Below, one piece after another: positions 42,401 to 51,575 of a DNA stretch of 64,000 nt. The translations under genes were made by a program, and so were the position numbers. How positions within the stretch are numbered: the stretch's first letter is position 1; every line of letters starts with the position of its first letter. The stretch is from a virus: IMG/VR virus record IMGVR_UViG_3300020392_000008, positions 1 to 64,000 of that record, one strand, 5' to 3'. The notes under the pieces were generated by a model, which did not search any database, was not told the origin of the DNA, and saw only the letters and a list, made by a program, of their open reading frames with translations.

Positions 42401-43455
42401 CTAATGGAACGACTGTAATAAACGATTTTAGTGGAGCTATAAGAAACTTAGATGATAATACTCAAGAAAACGGAATATACTTCTTTGGAACAGATAATAA
42501 TTGTGCTTCAACATATGATGCAAACATTAAAAATATACCTGCCGTAAATAACACCCCCGATCAATATTTAGGTCAATGGGGTATTGAATACGTAGGCAGC
42601 CAAAGTGACACAGACCCTAATGTAAATGGACTTAATTTTTGGAAACCTAGTCCTTCTCACAATCCTGGTAACTTTAAATTATTCTTAACAGATGGCGGAA
42701 GAATTGGAATTAATACTGGCACGCCTCAATACACATTAGATGTAAATGGAGATATAAATGCCAATGGAGGTATAACTGCTACTGGACCATCTACTATTAA
42801 TAATTTCTCTAGCAACGGTGTTGATATTACCGGCGGTAGCATAACAGGACAAACAAGCTGGGATTCATCAGGATCGTTTAATCAACAAGGTACTGCGACA
42901 ATCGCAACAGTAGGAGGCTTTTTAGGAGTAGGGACTGCTCAGAGTAATTATAGCACGACTGGAACAAGTGGTAGTAACAACCAACATCATGTGGCAATAT
43001 ACACATGGACTAATTCAAACCAAAGCGGTGATCTTAAATATTATAACAGAGTAGTAAACACGTCTAATGTATTTCATAAACTAGCCGTAAATGGTTACAT
43101 ATACGGAAAAGGTATACATTGTGCTTCTGATAAAAGAGATAAAGATCATATAACATATGTCGACTCTAAAGAAGCATTATCTGTTATAGAAAAATTAAAT
43201 CCAGTGTTTTATAAAAGAAAAAGCAATGGATTATTAGAAACAGGTTTTTATGCACAAGACGTAAAAGAAATTTTACCTGAAGCAGTTTTATCATCTGATA
43301 ATGAAGAAGAAAATTTAATATTAAGTTATAACCAAATAACAACATGTAACACTTCAGCTATTCAGGAATTAAATAATATTATAAAAGAAAAAGATAAGAA
43401 AATAAACGATTTAGAATCAAGATTGGCAGCAATCGAAGAAAAAATAGGATTATAA
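39466..43455 (+). CDS. Tail fibre/spike with collagen repeat, LVIVD-like propeller and C-terminal S74 intramolecular chaperone
   Basis: GQPGPQGITGPLGSAGPIGVQGVPGERG; YDVTNP/VDVSNP/YDISD repeats; RIGINTGTPQYTLDVNG; SDKRDK..GFYAQDVKEILPEAV plus coiled coil. Confidence 0.88.
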   Translation: MAVIINLKELFASDAQEMYVDKVNFNFNKLLELGIGQPGPQGITGPLGSAGPIGVQGVPGERGNKWYTGTGAPSGQTFTGLLLNDFYLDTSTNSIYQYQGSPASWIQISDFSSIVNGIINSSGTPFVRGFGETSPDDQRYITFTRHGNDLTDQILDITLGNPSSNDIFLLNNWNEKHLQGGILNFPNNTDEEFNAIQHISVDHSSGTATGRYHLEFGSIYKDSNSDNLISNLYNNLKIRYVKQVQTPSYYSNSNETINLAKISLGLPESVVDLNANTTQQGIFLLDTPLYNIEDSANPVKGKLKVNIGTTEPIKEISQLATPVDGIEINTNDLTGRNDSVAIGLLRKENHPNWTLPFGIDGTLYTITKSNSVGATIIEGDTYSYDGSLNYMHTESKVRSNENLRMLPYQNSNIQGWQGIVSDGKYLLAVSPGNKNQQIYTDNGSLLIYDVTNPDDPILIKEYETSSSTNGNTPAPSEEYDIHGTPSGNGPIPGYPSSSNGQFLDLPLTGARDVAFKGDYGYIVRRKPDPGNVVPPPGVNQFTDSFLVFNLGSDLNFPKIVSWLGTNNTFSPGSSKMDKLRRVKTFGNWAMCITDSESVNADSYLLAVDVSNPKAPIFNNSNSHHTFSGRHIDFDIDNEVAYILSIENTGGTQENSILTKVGLTDPFYLNTAVSTSLNMTLNTPIPANLKDIGGIKAVGKKVYTVHGNRFFIYNSGERLTTTPIQLSNTYLPQDHYGTDVDVVGNYAYIYATNDITKSSCILIYDISDIYSPVLLDPITYFGSGSGKSLGSKFTTVGNRIYTVSARHDDGQGNLSPSGVNSIHIGGISSPSANLAKISASEINVSKKINISNDLDVGNSISVGSGGINVNGDAGISTSTIIAKPQLLRKNQSLPLALGSKSWMHKLNPGNLAYATAIWGNQILLEDIDVSSITFNAFDLPKVAGLVININNVNTYNYPGSSSLGSFVYGIRQDQDSQTTSNGTTVINDFSGAIRNLDDNTQENGIYFFGTDNNCASTYDANIKNIPAVNNTPDQYLGQWGIEYVGSQSDTDPNVNGLNFWKPSPSHNPGNFKLFLTDGGRIGINTGTPQYTLDVNGDINANGGITATGPSTINNFSSNGVDITGGSITGQTSWDSSGSFNQQGTATIATVGGFLGVGTAQSNYSTTGTSGSNNQHHVAIYTWTNSNQSGDLKYYNRVVNTSNVFHKLAVNGYIYGKGIHCASDKRDKDHITYVDSKEALSVIEKLNPVFYKRKSNGLLETGFYAQDVKEILPEAVLSSDNEEENLILSYNQITTCNTSAIQELNNIIKEKDKKINDLESRLAAIEEKIGL

Positions 43456-43456
43456 A

Positions 43457-44095
43457 ATGGCATTAATAATAACATCAGAAATACCAACCAGTGCTGGAGT
43501 AACAAACCAAGCATTTTTAATAATAGAAAAAACTAGTTACGCAATTGATCAACTTGCTCTTAGATATGGTACTGACACTTTATCTGTTAGTACTAGGTTA
43601 TACTTAAATAAAGAATCTTGGGAGTCAGATCCTACATCTTCATGTGTATCCAATAGTGTACTTGAATCATTTTCATTTCAAGGAGGTGCTAGTCCAGATA
43701 TACTATTCCCCCTTAAAGATAGTATTCCCCTTTTAGAAGCTTGTTATGATTTAGTTAAGCAAGAACTTGAAGCAATAGGGTTAAACGTTGAATATGGAGA
43801 TGATACTGACGCTAGAATATCAGAAAAAATGCGAGACTGGAGAGAGGGAAATAAAAAAGATATAGCTAACGCTAAACAACGTGAGACTGATAGATTAGTA
43901 GCATTAAACGAAGCGGCAGAAAGAGAAGCTCGTGAATCTTTAGAAGCCGCTCAAGCTAAAAAAGATGCTGAAGCTGAACAAGCTGCAATCGACGCCGAAG
44001 TTGCTAAAAAAGCAGAAGCCGAAGCTGAAAAAGAAAAAGCTGAAGCTGAACAAGCTAAAAAAAATAAAGAAGATTCTAACGAAGGTTACGCCTAA
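43457..44095 (+). CDS. Tail fibre-associated protein with A/E/K-rich helical tail
   Basis: Directly after the fibre gene; AEAEKEKAEAEQ repeats. Confidence 0.55.
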   Translation: MALIITSEIPTSAGVTNQAFLIIEKTSYAIDQLALRYGTDTLSVSTRLYLNKESWESDPTSSCVSNSVLESFSFQGGASPDILFPLKDSIPLLEACYDLVKQELEAIGLNVEYGDDTDARISEKMRDWREGNKKDIANAKQRETDRLVALNEAAEREARESLEAAQAKKDAEAEQAAIDAEVAKKAEAEAEKEKAEAEQAKKNKEDSNEGYA

Positions 44096-44913
44096 AGAAA
44101 GTCTTCTGATAGTTTAAAAGGTAATATATTTTCGTCTATTAAAATATCAAGCGCGTTCTCTAAAAGATTTGGGTCAAATCTATTGTCATTAGCCATTAAT
44201 TTATTAAGAAGAATAGTGTTTTTTATAGAATCAGCCACTATATCTAAATCTAATTCCTTTTCTTTACAAATACAAAAAAGTAAATTTATATCAGGATCAA
44301 GTTTATTTAATTCCTTGTTATCTATTTTTTCTATTACGTCTTTAATAGGTGTTTCTTCGATATTATCTACTTTTAAAGTTTCTACTTTAAAAAATTTATA
44401 ACCTTTTGTATATCGCTTATCCATTTTTAATTTCCATATGTTATATGTTGAAGTTTCATTTATGTTTATAATAACATACACTTCATTTAAAAATTGAATT
44501 TCACTGTTTACATAATATATGTTAAAGTTTTTTATATTAAAAATTTCACATTGTTTTTCTAGGTAATCTATACATAGGTTTCTAAATACTTCGTTGGCCT
44601 TTTTAACTGTTTCGCCAGATTCATTATCTGTTTTATAAAAAGAAGATAATTCATTAGATATCTCTATAATTCTATCGTTTCTCCAAGAAGATTTCATTTT
44701 AAAATTAAACATGTTTCCATCTAATACTAAATTATTTAGGTTTAAATAATGAAAAAGGATTTCATAAAAATACTCGTTATTTCCATTCTCTAATTCATTA
44801 GTGTATTTTTGTTCAGCAGCCTTTAATACATACGTAAAGTATTCAGAATCTATATAATCCTTTTTAGTTATCCACATTGGATCTAGTATGTGTTTAGACT
44901 TCAAAACCAACAT
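44092..44913 (-). CDS. Hypothetical protein (start placed at MLVLKS)
   Basis: Long ORF; A-rich context at the second Met. Confidence 0.65.
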   Translation of the reverse strand: MLVLKSKHILDPMWITKKDYIDSEYFTYVLKAAEQKYTNELENGNNEYFYEILFHYLNLNNLVLDGNMFNFKMKSSWRNDRIIEISNELSSFYKTDNESGETVKKANEVFRNLCIDYLEKQCEIFNIKNFNIYYVNSEIQFLNEVYVIININETSTYNIWKLKMDKRYTKGYKFFKVETLKVDNIEETPIKDVIEKIDNKELNKLDPDINLLFCICKEKELDLDIVADSIKNTILLNKLMANDNRFDPNLLENALDILIDENILPFKLSEDFL

Positions 44914-45024
44914 ATTTATTTTTATATATTCTACAACAAAACAGCCTATTGGTTCTATCATAAATTGGGTATTAATTAATTAAATATATAAACATATAGA
45001 GCATAAACATAATACCTTGTATAT

Positions 45025-47184
45025 ATGAACATTACCATAAAAATAATACCTGAAGCAGGTTCAAATAATTTAACATTTAGTAAAAATTTTAGAATATTTT
45101 CAATAGCAGAACCTATTAGGGGAATAACTGGAATAGTAGATATATTAGAGGACTTAGAAATATCTTCTTCAAGTGGCGTAGACATATCTAATTTAAAAAG
45201 ATTTTTTAGATATTCATGCAATAATATAGATTGGTCCCTATGGTATGGATTTACCCCAATTAGTATTGACCCAAACGGTCTTGATTCTATAAAAGATATA
45301 GAATTAGACCCAGAGCAATGTATTCATATAGAGATAAAATACGAATATGACGATGGTACTTTTGAGGAACTAGACAGTGTAATACAAATAGATGAAATAA
45401 AAATAAGAGGTAAAAGAAATGACCCAGGTTTACCAAATGTATTAACGCCTGAAATAGCATGTACTGATGAAAAATGTCCGGCTTTAATTTTTGAGAGAGA
45501 AGCAAGCTTTAGGCCATATCAAGTAGATAGTGCAATTGGAATATACAAGGAATTAAGTTTTCACACTAATAAAATATTTGGACACGAAGTTGTTTATTTT
45601 AGAACAGTTCCAGAGTCAGACAGTGGAGATTATATATTTAAGGAATGGACGCTTTACAAAAACGTAGATAGAAAATGTGTAAAAATACTTGTACCAGATA
45701 ATAATTTTCCAGATAATAAACCCAAGTTTTCTGAGTTTGGAATAGACTTTGAAGTGCCCTTTGAAATACACATTGACCACAGATATTTTCAAACTATTTT
45801 TGGAAATGAATCAGAACCTAGAAAGAGAGACTTTCTTTATTTTCCATTAATCAATAGAATGTTTGAGATACAGGGTTCTTATTTACACAGAGGTTTTATG
45901 ATGGAACCTAGTTATTGGAAAATACAACTTTATAAGTTTAATCCAAATATAGACATGTTAATGAAAGATGAAAACCGTCAATACATGGATAATATTATAA
46001 CAAGCGCTGAAGAATTGTTTGCAGAAGAAGTAAAAGAAGACATCGAGGACGCTACAATGCCTGAACAATATGAAACTATATCTAGAAAATACGATATCAC
46101 TAGGGGCTCTATTCACCCTGATCTTAAAATAAAAAATATAAAGTTTAATTTTAATTATGCCCCATTAATGGAAAACTATTACGATCTTAGTGGAATAGAA
46201 GCAACTTTAAATCTTTATGATTTAACCAGCGGATCCCCATTATTGTCTACGTCTCAAGAGGTAGTTACAGTACAGGGAACTGTTAATAATAAAAAACAAT
46301 TTGAAGTTATTAGAGCATATCAAGAAAGTCCAATATTTAAAACCTGGCAAAATAACTCATTAATGACAAATGATAAAAATGTTTTAGGAATAGACGTTAA
46401 GTATTTAAGAGTAAGGGGACCATTTGATACAATACCCGACCATATTGGTCAATCTGAATCTGGTAGATATTTACAGTTAGAAGCATATAAAGATTTAAGC
46501 TTTTCTACCCAAAGAAATATTATGATAAATGACCCCGGAGGTGCACAACCTCAGGTAGGTTTAAAACTAAGAGAAACATCTATAGTATATAATAGATTGC
46601 CAGAGTTTGGCACAGAGGAAATAGATAATTTATCCTATACAAGTATGTTTAATGTTCCATCAGATTCAGAAATAGTTAGTTTTATAAACGGATATGATAA
46701 TGAATCACAATCAGGCTTATATGTATATGCTCAATTTAATAAATACACTAATGATGAACCTGAAGGCGATTTGATTTTAAATATTAAAGTTAACGATATA
46801 TTAAAAACTTACACACTGTCTGGTTTTGAATCAGGGAAATGGCATTCAACTGTTATATCTATATCTAATGAGTTTAATCAAATGGGAGTTTACGTATATA
46901 AAACAATTGAAGACCCTTCTGATTTGTCTAATCATTCTGATTTTAGTAAAATATTTGAAAATATATCATCTATGCAAGATCAGTCTTTTAAATTAGATCA
47001 ACCTTATACTATACCTACTTCTAATTTAAAAATATCTAACATTAGGTTATTCAAGACTATGATTAAAGAAGAACAACACGATTTTATATTAAGTCAACAA
47101 TTTATTAAAGACGAATCTATGTTATTGTTAATAGATAATTGTAGACCTCAGGTCAAAGTACCTTTCATAACTAGAAATAGATAA
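45025..47184 (+). CDS. T4 gp14-like neck protein with N- and C-terminal extra domains
   Basis: GHEVVYFR, FGIDFE, PRKRDFLYFPLINRMFEI; C-terminal LamG-like WHSTVI..ISNIRLF; followed by a gp15-like gene. Confidence 0.72.
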   Translation: MNITIKIIPEAGSNNLTFSKNFRIFSIAEPIRGITGIVDILEDLEISSSSGVDISNLKRFFRYSCNNIDWSLWYGFTPISIDPNGLDSIKDIELDPEQCIHIEIKYEYDDGTFEELDSVIQIDEIKIRGKRNDPGLPNVLTPEIACTDEKCPALIFEREASFRPYQVDSAIGIYKELSFHTNKIFGHEVVYFRTVPESDSGDYIFKEWTLYKNVDRKCVKILVPDNNFPDNKPKFSEFGIDFEVPFEIHIDHRYFQTIFGNESEPRKRDFLYFPLINRMFEIQGSYLHRGFMMEPSYWKIQLYKFNPNIDMLMKDENRQYMDNIITSAEELFAEEVKEDIEDATMPEQYETISRKYDITRGSIHPDLKIKNIKFNFNYAPLMENYYDLSGIEATLNLYDLTSGSPLLSTSQEVVTVQGTVNNKKQFEVIRAYQESPIFKTWQNNSLMTNDKNVLGIDVKYLRVRGPFDTIPDHIGQSESGRYLQLEAYKDLSFSTQRNIMINDPGGAQPQVGLKLRETSIVYNRLPEFGTEEIDNLSYTSMFNVPSDSEIVSFINGYDNESQSGLYVYAQFNKYTNDEPEGDLILNIKVNDILKTYTLSGFESGKWHSTVISISNEFNQMGVYVYKTIEDPSDLSNHSDFSKIFENISSMQDQSFKLDQPYTIPTSNLKISNIRLFKTMIKEEQHDFILSQQFIKDESMLLLIDNCRPQVKVPFITRNR

Positions 47185-47194
47185 ATAATAATAT

Positions 47195-47977
47195 ATGAAT
47201 ACAGATAATCAAAACGTAAGAAACAATAACACACAGGATATATTCTTAAGAAATGCTGTGCTATCTTTATTAGATGTTTTAAATAGGGAAATTATAGTTG
47301 ACCTTGTTAGAGATGGAAAAATAGAAAAACATGAAATACCTTTTTTCTATAATATGGCAGCCGATGAAGGTTTTATGAAAGATTTTTTTATACAAGTACC
47401 AGATGGTTGTAAAGTTCCAGTAGTAGCTGAAGGAAATTACGATATTGTCCCTAGAGGAATCATAACACTTAATTCTTTTCAAATAAAATCTAGTGACATT
47501 ACTAATAAATTTGTAAGAGGTAGTTTTAATCAACAGGTTTTAGATGACAATGAGCAAAAGGTAAATAAAGCCTTTTCAGCACGTTTATATAGCCTACCTA
47601 TGTCACTTAAATTTTCTGCAAAAATATTATGTGATAATCTAAATAAAACGTTTAAAATAATTGAAAGATTGATTGATCTTTTTTATAAAAACAGGGTTGT
47701 TTATTTTCAATATAAAGGTGTTAGAATACCTGGACAGTTTACTTTTCCAGAAACAGAGGCATTTGAAAAAAAATACGATTTTGATTACACAACCGATCAG
47801 CGAGTAAATATATCCTTTGATATAGAAATGGAAACTTACTTCCCAAGCTTTAATGAAGATAGTGTATTCTACAAAGGAAATACTATAAGACAAATTAATA
47901 TGAACACTAAGTTGGAAGATACTGGAGTAAACATAGATAGTTCTTTTATAGATGAAGATCATCCACCTAGCGAGTAA
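47195..47977 (+). CDS. T4 gp15-like tail terminator / sheath stabiliser
   Basis: EIPFFY, VPRGIITL, PMSLKF, IIERLIDLF; synteny with gp14-like gene. Confidence 0.72.
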   Translation: MNTDNQNVRNNNTQDIFLRNAVLSLLDVLNREIIVDLVRDGKIEKHEIPFFYNMAADEGFMKDFFIQVPDGCKVPVVAEGNYDIVPRGIITLNSFQIKSSDITNKFVRGSFNQQVLDDNEQKVNKAFSARLYSLPMSLKFSAKILCDNLNKTFKIIERLIDLFYKNRVVYFQYKGVRIPGQFTFPETEAFEKKYDFDYTTDQRVNISFDIEMETYFPSFNEDSVFYKGNTIRQINMNTKLEDTGVNIDSSFIDEDHPPSE

Positions 47978-47979
47978 AC

Positions 47980-49140
47980 ATGGAGATAAGAAAAAAATAC
48001 AATATAGAACTTCCAAAAGACATTCTAATGATACGAGATGTATTTAAAAAGAATGGCTATAAATTATATTTAGTAGGAGGCGCCGTTAGAGACGCGGTAT
48101 CTGGGATCACTCCTAAAGATTACGATTTAGCAACAGACGCGTTACCAGATGAGGTAGATAAAATGCTTTCTCCAATTTATAAAATGTTACCTATAGGAGA
48201 AAAATTTGGCATATGGCTTGCCATAACACCTAGTGGTGAATTTGAAATTGCTACTTTTAGAAAAGACGTAGGTACTGGCCGTAGACCAGATTCGGTTGAG
48301 TTTACAACTATAGACCAAGATGTTCTTAGAAGAGACTTAACAATAAATGCGTTATTCTATGATATTGAAAAACAAGAAATAGTTGATTTAGTTGGAGGAA
48401 TAGAAGATCTTAAAAATGGGGTAGTCAAATCCGTTGGCAATCCGGCTGATCGATTCGAAGACGATAAATTAAGAAAACTCAGAGCAATTCGTTTTGCCGG
48501 AGTAACAGGGTCTGAATTAGACAGAGAAATCCACCAATATTTATTAAAGGACCCTGGGCTTGAAGAAATCTCAGCGGAAAGAATAAGGGATGAGTTTTTA
48601 AAAGGTATAGCTAAATCATCTTCAGTTGTTTATTTTATGAACCTTTTAGATAAGTATAATTTTTTTAATTCAATATTTCCTAATTTAAATATAAATGCAA
48701 AATACGTAGAAGAAAAAGATTACATAATAAACCTAGCAACTCTTCTTAAAGAAAACGATTCAATTGAACTTAAAGATGTTTTAAATAAAGTAACTTATTC
48801 TAATGAAGAAATTAAAAACATATTATTTCTAAAATCTCTTGTTCACTTAAATGAAGAAAATGCACTTAACATTAAAAAGTCTCAATACAATACTTCTGTT
48901 ACAGATGAGCAAATATTAAAATTTGCTAAATTAAATGAACTAGATGAAAAATTAATACGTACTTTTATTCAATATATACCTAGTATAAGTGGAAAAGACG
49001 TAATGGATAAGATGAATATTAAAGGTGGACCTGAAGTTGGCGAATATATAAAAAAAATGGAAGCTGATATATTTAAAGACTTGATGTCAAATGAATCTTA
49101 CCGTTTTAAATACATAAAAGAATTTATAAGTTATGAATAA
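47980..49140 (+). CDS. cca: tRNA nucleotidyltransferase (CCA-adding enzyme, class II)
   Basis: LVGGAVRD, DYDLAT, EIATFR, RRDLTINA, RFEDDKLRKLRAIRF, SAERI. Confidence 0.93.
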   Translation: MEIRKKYNIELPKDILMIRDVFKKNGYKLYLVGGAVRDAVSGITPKDYDLATDALPDEVDKMLSPIYKMLPIGEKFGIWLAITPSGEFEIATFRKDVGTGRRPDSVEFTTIDQDVLRRDLTINALFYDIEKQEIVDLVGGIEDLKNGVVKSVGNPADRFEDDKLRKLRAIRFAGVTGSELDREIHQYLLKDPGLEEISAERIRDEFLKGIAKSSSVVYFMNLLDKYNFFNSIFPNLNINAKYVEEKDYIINLATLLKENDSIELKDVLNKVTYSNEEIKNILFLKSLVHLNEENALNIKKSQYNTSVTDEQILKFAKLNELDEKLIRTFIQYIPSISGKDVMDKMNIKGGPEVGEYIKKMEADIFKDLMSNESYRFKYIKEFISYE

Positions 49141-49582
49141 AAAGCACATAAAATTGTACGAAAACTTTGATTTAAACGATGATAGTTATACAGAAATAAT
49201 TGACAAAAACGTATATCAAAGAGTAAGTGTATATAATTCTCCAGAAGAAACCAGTCAATGGGGAGACTCTATAGACAGTGATTCCGAAATAGAGCTAAAC
49301 AGAGTTGTTGTTAAATTTAATTTAGACATAAATTATAAACGCAGTGGAATAGAAGACATTACATTTAGATTAATTTCTATCGCATTAGACGGATCAATAA
49401 TAGACTATGATGGTAATGAAATAGAAAACTTTGATATAGTAGATGATGACATATCTTATGAAAAATATGAAACACAAATGGGAACGTTTCCACTATATTT
49501 AGGAGATATAGAAATAAACATGAACAAAACATTTGATACTAGCAAATGGAAATACGAAATAGCAATTGGTAACTTTAGATAA
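49133..49582 (+). CDS. Hypothetical, probable head protein
   Basis: N-terminus KKHIKLYENF. Confidence 0.65.
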   Translation: MNKKHIKLYENFDLNDDSYTEIIDKNVYQRVSVYNSPEETSQWGDSIDSDSEIELNRVVVKFNLDINYKRSGIEDITFRLISIALDGSIIDYDGNEIENFDIVDDDISYEKYETQMGTFPLYLGDIEINMNKTFDTSKWKYEIAIGNFR

Positions 49583-49584
49583 TT

Positions 49585-50133
49585 ATGATTTTAAATGTAA
49601 GAAATAATAGCTTTGTATTTTTATTCCCTGAGAATTTTTTTACAAATTCAATTAAAGAAAAATATAAAGATTACTATCAAAGTTTAATACTTCCATATGA
49701 TACTATTGATGATTTTATGTCATCCACTGTTCAGCAGATAGATTTTCCATCTTGGAATATGCCAACGGCCGAACAAACTAGGCCCTTAGGTAAAAGACAA
49801 GACTATAAAAGTTCAAAACCACTAAAGGAATTATTTAACAGGGAAATTACTATAACTATGAAAATATCTGACGCTTATCTTAATTATTTTATTTTCTTAG
49901 AAAATTCATTAGAATTTTTAGATTTTTCAAATAAAAAACAAACACTTTCCCCTATAAGATTAATGATGTTGAATAATGAAGGATATTCAGTGTCTTCTAT
50001 TATATTTAATAATCCAATATTAACATCACAATCGGGCATTAAATTATCTTATAGTTCAGTAACACCTCAATTTAATACTTTTGACATAAAGTTTAAATAC
50101 TTTGATTTTGATTTAAAAGTTGATTTTAACTAA
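49585..50133 (+). CDS. Putative tail tube-fold protein (gp19/gp54/gp3-like)
   Basis: QQIDFP, ITITMK, FDIKFKY pattern; size and context. Confidence 0.45.
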   Translation: MILNVRNNSFVFLFPENFFTNSIKEKYKDYYQSLILPYDTIDDFMSSTVQQIDFPSWNMPTAEQTRPLGKRQDYKSSKPLKELFNREITITMKISDAYLNYFIFLENSLEFLDFSNKKQTLSPIRLMMLNNEGYSVSSIIFNNPILTSQSGIKLSYSSVTPQFNTFDIKFKYFDFDLKVDFN

Positions 50134-50611
50134 TTTCAATTCTTTCTTTTTGAATACTATATAATTTATTAAGGGTTAATAAATGAAACATGCATATTGC
50201 TAATATTCCAACTATTTCGGCTACTAATAAACTAAATGGTAAAAATAAAAGCCCAGAAAAATATACCCATTTACAAAATTTATAATTATTTGAAACATAT
50301 AATGGGTAAATGCAACACCCAAAAAATATTATTGCAAAAATATTATGTAAATCGGGATACATACTTACTGAAAAAGAAGTTACTAATAATAAGCAACACG
50401 CCGAAGCTCTCCATTTAGGTATACCTACTAAGTAATATGCTGTTAAAGAATTAGCTATAATAAAAATAGGTTGGGCCTCGGTGTTCCAATATTGAGATAT
50501 CGATTTTTCATAACCCGAAAATAATAAGCAAATAAATGGAGAAAAAGCAGCGAAGAGAACTACGCAAACTCTTAACAAGTAGTCAAACCTGGTTATATTT
50601 CCACTAATCAT
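50126..50611 (-). CDS. Polytopic membrane protein
   Basis: About 5 hydrophobic segments; SISQYW and H motifs. Confidence 0.7.
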   Translation of the reverse strand: MISGNITRFDYLLRVCVVLFAAFSPFICLLFSGYEKSISQYWNTEAQPIFIIANSLTAYYLVGIPKWRASACCLLLVTSFSVSMYPDLHNIFAIIFFGCCIYPLYVSNNYKFCKWVYFSGLLFLPFSLLVAEIVGILAICMFHLLTLNKLYSIQKERIEIS

Positions 50612-50694
50612 TTCCTGTTTTCATAATATAAATTTTAGATTATAGAGAAGATCTATAATTTTATTTATCTTATGCACAAGAAACTTTTATTATG

Positions 50695-50946
50695 TTAAAG
50701 GTTACCTAGTCCTTTAAATGACGTTTCTCTCAAAACAACCTTAAGTAATCCAGATTTTTCAGCTTCTGTTTCAATTATAGGGTATTCATCCGAAGCAGCA
50801 TCGTTTATCATGCTTATCGCGTCGGTTAAATTTTCACTAACAGGTTCGTTGATTTGTATTGCAATTCCTAACTTTCCAGTGTCTATGACATGTTTAATTA
50901 TTGTTCCAACCGTTTCTAATTTTGTTTCTAATTTTTCCCAATCCAT
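50695..50946 (-). CDS. Hypothetical protein
   Basis: 83-aa ORF at the end of the fibre operon. Confidence 0.6.
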   Translation of the reverse strand: MDWEKLETKLETVGTIIKHVIDTGKLGIAIQINEPVSENLTDAISMINDAASDEYPIIETEAEKSGLLKVVLRETSFKGLGNL

Positions 50947-50948
50947 TT

Positions 50949-51575
50949 TTAAGTATAAAATAATTTTACGTTTGCTAAATTGTTTGTTTGTCTTTTTGTA
51001 AATCCAGTTGATCCGCTAGGATAAGAATTATCTCTATACCCTTGAATCATTACATTATTTGAAGTACTTCCGACGTTGCTGTATCTTATAGATGGGTACC
51101 CATAATCATAATCTCCCCAGCGGTTTTCCCATTTAATTATAAGATTATAAGAATTATTATAATTAAAATTAGTATCAAATGGATATTCTCTCCAGCCATC
51201 GTTTCCGCTAAAATTAACACTGAAATTACTTTTAACGGTTGTTACGTTAAAAGGCGATGCTGAACTAAGCGATTCATTATTTGAAGAAAAACTAGAAGAA
51301 TTAGTATGCGCAAGTATAAGTGTCTGATTAGTAATAGACGGTGTAACTGGTGGATATGGATCATCGTCTAGTTTATAATAAAACGCTAATTTATTAAAAG
51401 TGTAATTTCCACCTATGCTAGCCGCTGGTATAATCATACCTAAATAACCATATTCATACAAATAATATGCAGGCTGATATACTGAAGTATTAGTCTCTGA
51501 ACCTATGGTAATATCACCTGGCACGGTAGGATTTGTCCTAGATCCCTGGTTTAAAAATTGAGGCATATGTATCAT
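50949..51575 (-). CDS. Putative fibre-tip adhesin / beta-sandwich protein
   Basis: Coupled to the fibre gene (ATGA overlap); GWREYPFDTNFNYNNSYNLII. Confidence 0.5.
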   Translation of the reverse strand: MIHMPQFLNQGSRTNPTVPGDITIGSETNTSVYQPAYYLYEYGYLGMIIPAASIGGNYTFNKLAFYYKLDDDPYPPVTPSITNQTLILAHTNSSSFSSNNESLSSASPFNVTTVKSNFSVNFSGNDGWREYPFDTNFNYNNSYNLIIKWENRWGDYDYGYPSIRYSNVGSTSNNVMIQGYRDNSYPSGSTGFTKRQTNNLANVKLFYT

